64,000 nt of DNA. It comes from Octopus vulgaris. Lineage: Eukaryota. The stretch is taken from assembly GCA_951406725.2 (NCBI GenBank), contig OX597834.1:17236001-17300000 (forward strand). Direction: 5' to 3'. The notes below the pieces were generated by a model that saw only the letters and a program-made list of their open reading frames with translations, had not been told where the DNA came from and searched no databases. The position numbers were made by a program, and so were the translations under genes. This document shows positions 63,481 through 64,000 of this stretch, piece after piece. Within the stretch, counting starts at the first letter, position 1. The number at the start of each line of letters is the position of its first letter.

Positions 63481-63490
63481 TAGAAGCTGA
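63481..63490 (+). CDS. CASP8AP2: Candidate terminal coding exon of FLASH (RRS*)
   Basis: Acceptor ttattttacag ends at 63480. The phase-2 join gives CGT AGA AGC TGA; total CDS 105+191+1584+10=1890 nt (629 aa). Confidence 0.4.
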
Positions 63491-64000
63491 ACTCAAGAAA
63501 TAGATAAGGCAATGAATTAGAGATTTATTAAAAGAGAAAAAAAGATTGATCCTATCTGTCTACATTTTTTGATTTGTTTGACCAGAATATCAAATCAAAA
63601 ATAAAGCATACAATGGTTACATCTGTAAGCTTAAGCATGTACACACACAAAGACATACATACACATATATAGACATGCATGTATCCATGCAGGTAAAAAT
63701 AAAAACAAATTGATAGTACTATATACATATATACATACTACTATATACATAGGAGAGAGAGAGAGTGTATTTTATAATTTGATGCTTAGACTGTCATTCA
63801 AGTTTTTATTTAATTTGATTTTGAGAAATATCTTATTCTGTATATACTTTGAGAAAATGAAACGAGATCAATTTACAAAGAAGAGCAAGAAAAATATATT
63901 CGTGAATATAAAACGTTTTTTCTTAAAAACATAATAGGAAAGAGAAATGAAGATATGTTTAAAGAGTGTGTGTATGTGTGTTGAAACAGGTATGATTAAA

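Overview
This is AT-rich, microsatellite- and SINE-dense animal genomic DNA. The SINE repertoire and the PYHCDICGKSF-style zinc-finger gene point to a coleoid cephalopod, most likely Octopus (inference). Three protein-coding genes are supported. (1) The 3' part of an epsin gene (+): four exons with DPW, clathrin-box and three NPF motifs, a ~17.9 kb last intron and probably a long 3' UTR. (2) A C2H2 zinc-finger gene (-) with 17 fingers in one coding exon. (3) A FLASH/CASP8AP2 orthologue (+) with the LDLY motif and the Lsm11-binding coiled coil, divergent from the ZNF gene; the spliced model is only ~629 aa and shows no C-terminal SANT domain in the window. The remainder is TE-derived: four SINE families; CR1-, RTE-, R4/Dong- and Penelope-like fragments; piggyBac, hAT, Tc1/mariner and Merlin-type MITEs; a Helitron; a Helentron-like element; a solo LTR; and a perfect 274-bp TGT..ACA palindrome with a 4-bp TSD. 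Most short ORFs in the track are microsatellite or SINE noise. The most interesting leads are a FLASH ARS2-binding motif one A-to-I edit from consensus, the perfect Ginger-like palindrome, and inverted hammerhead-like pairs inside the epsin transcription unit.
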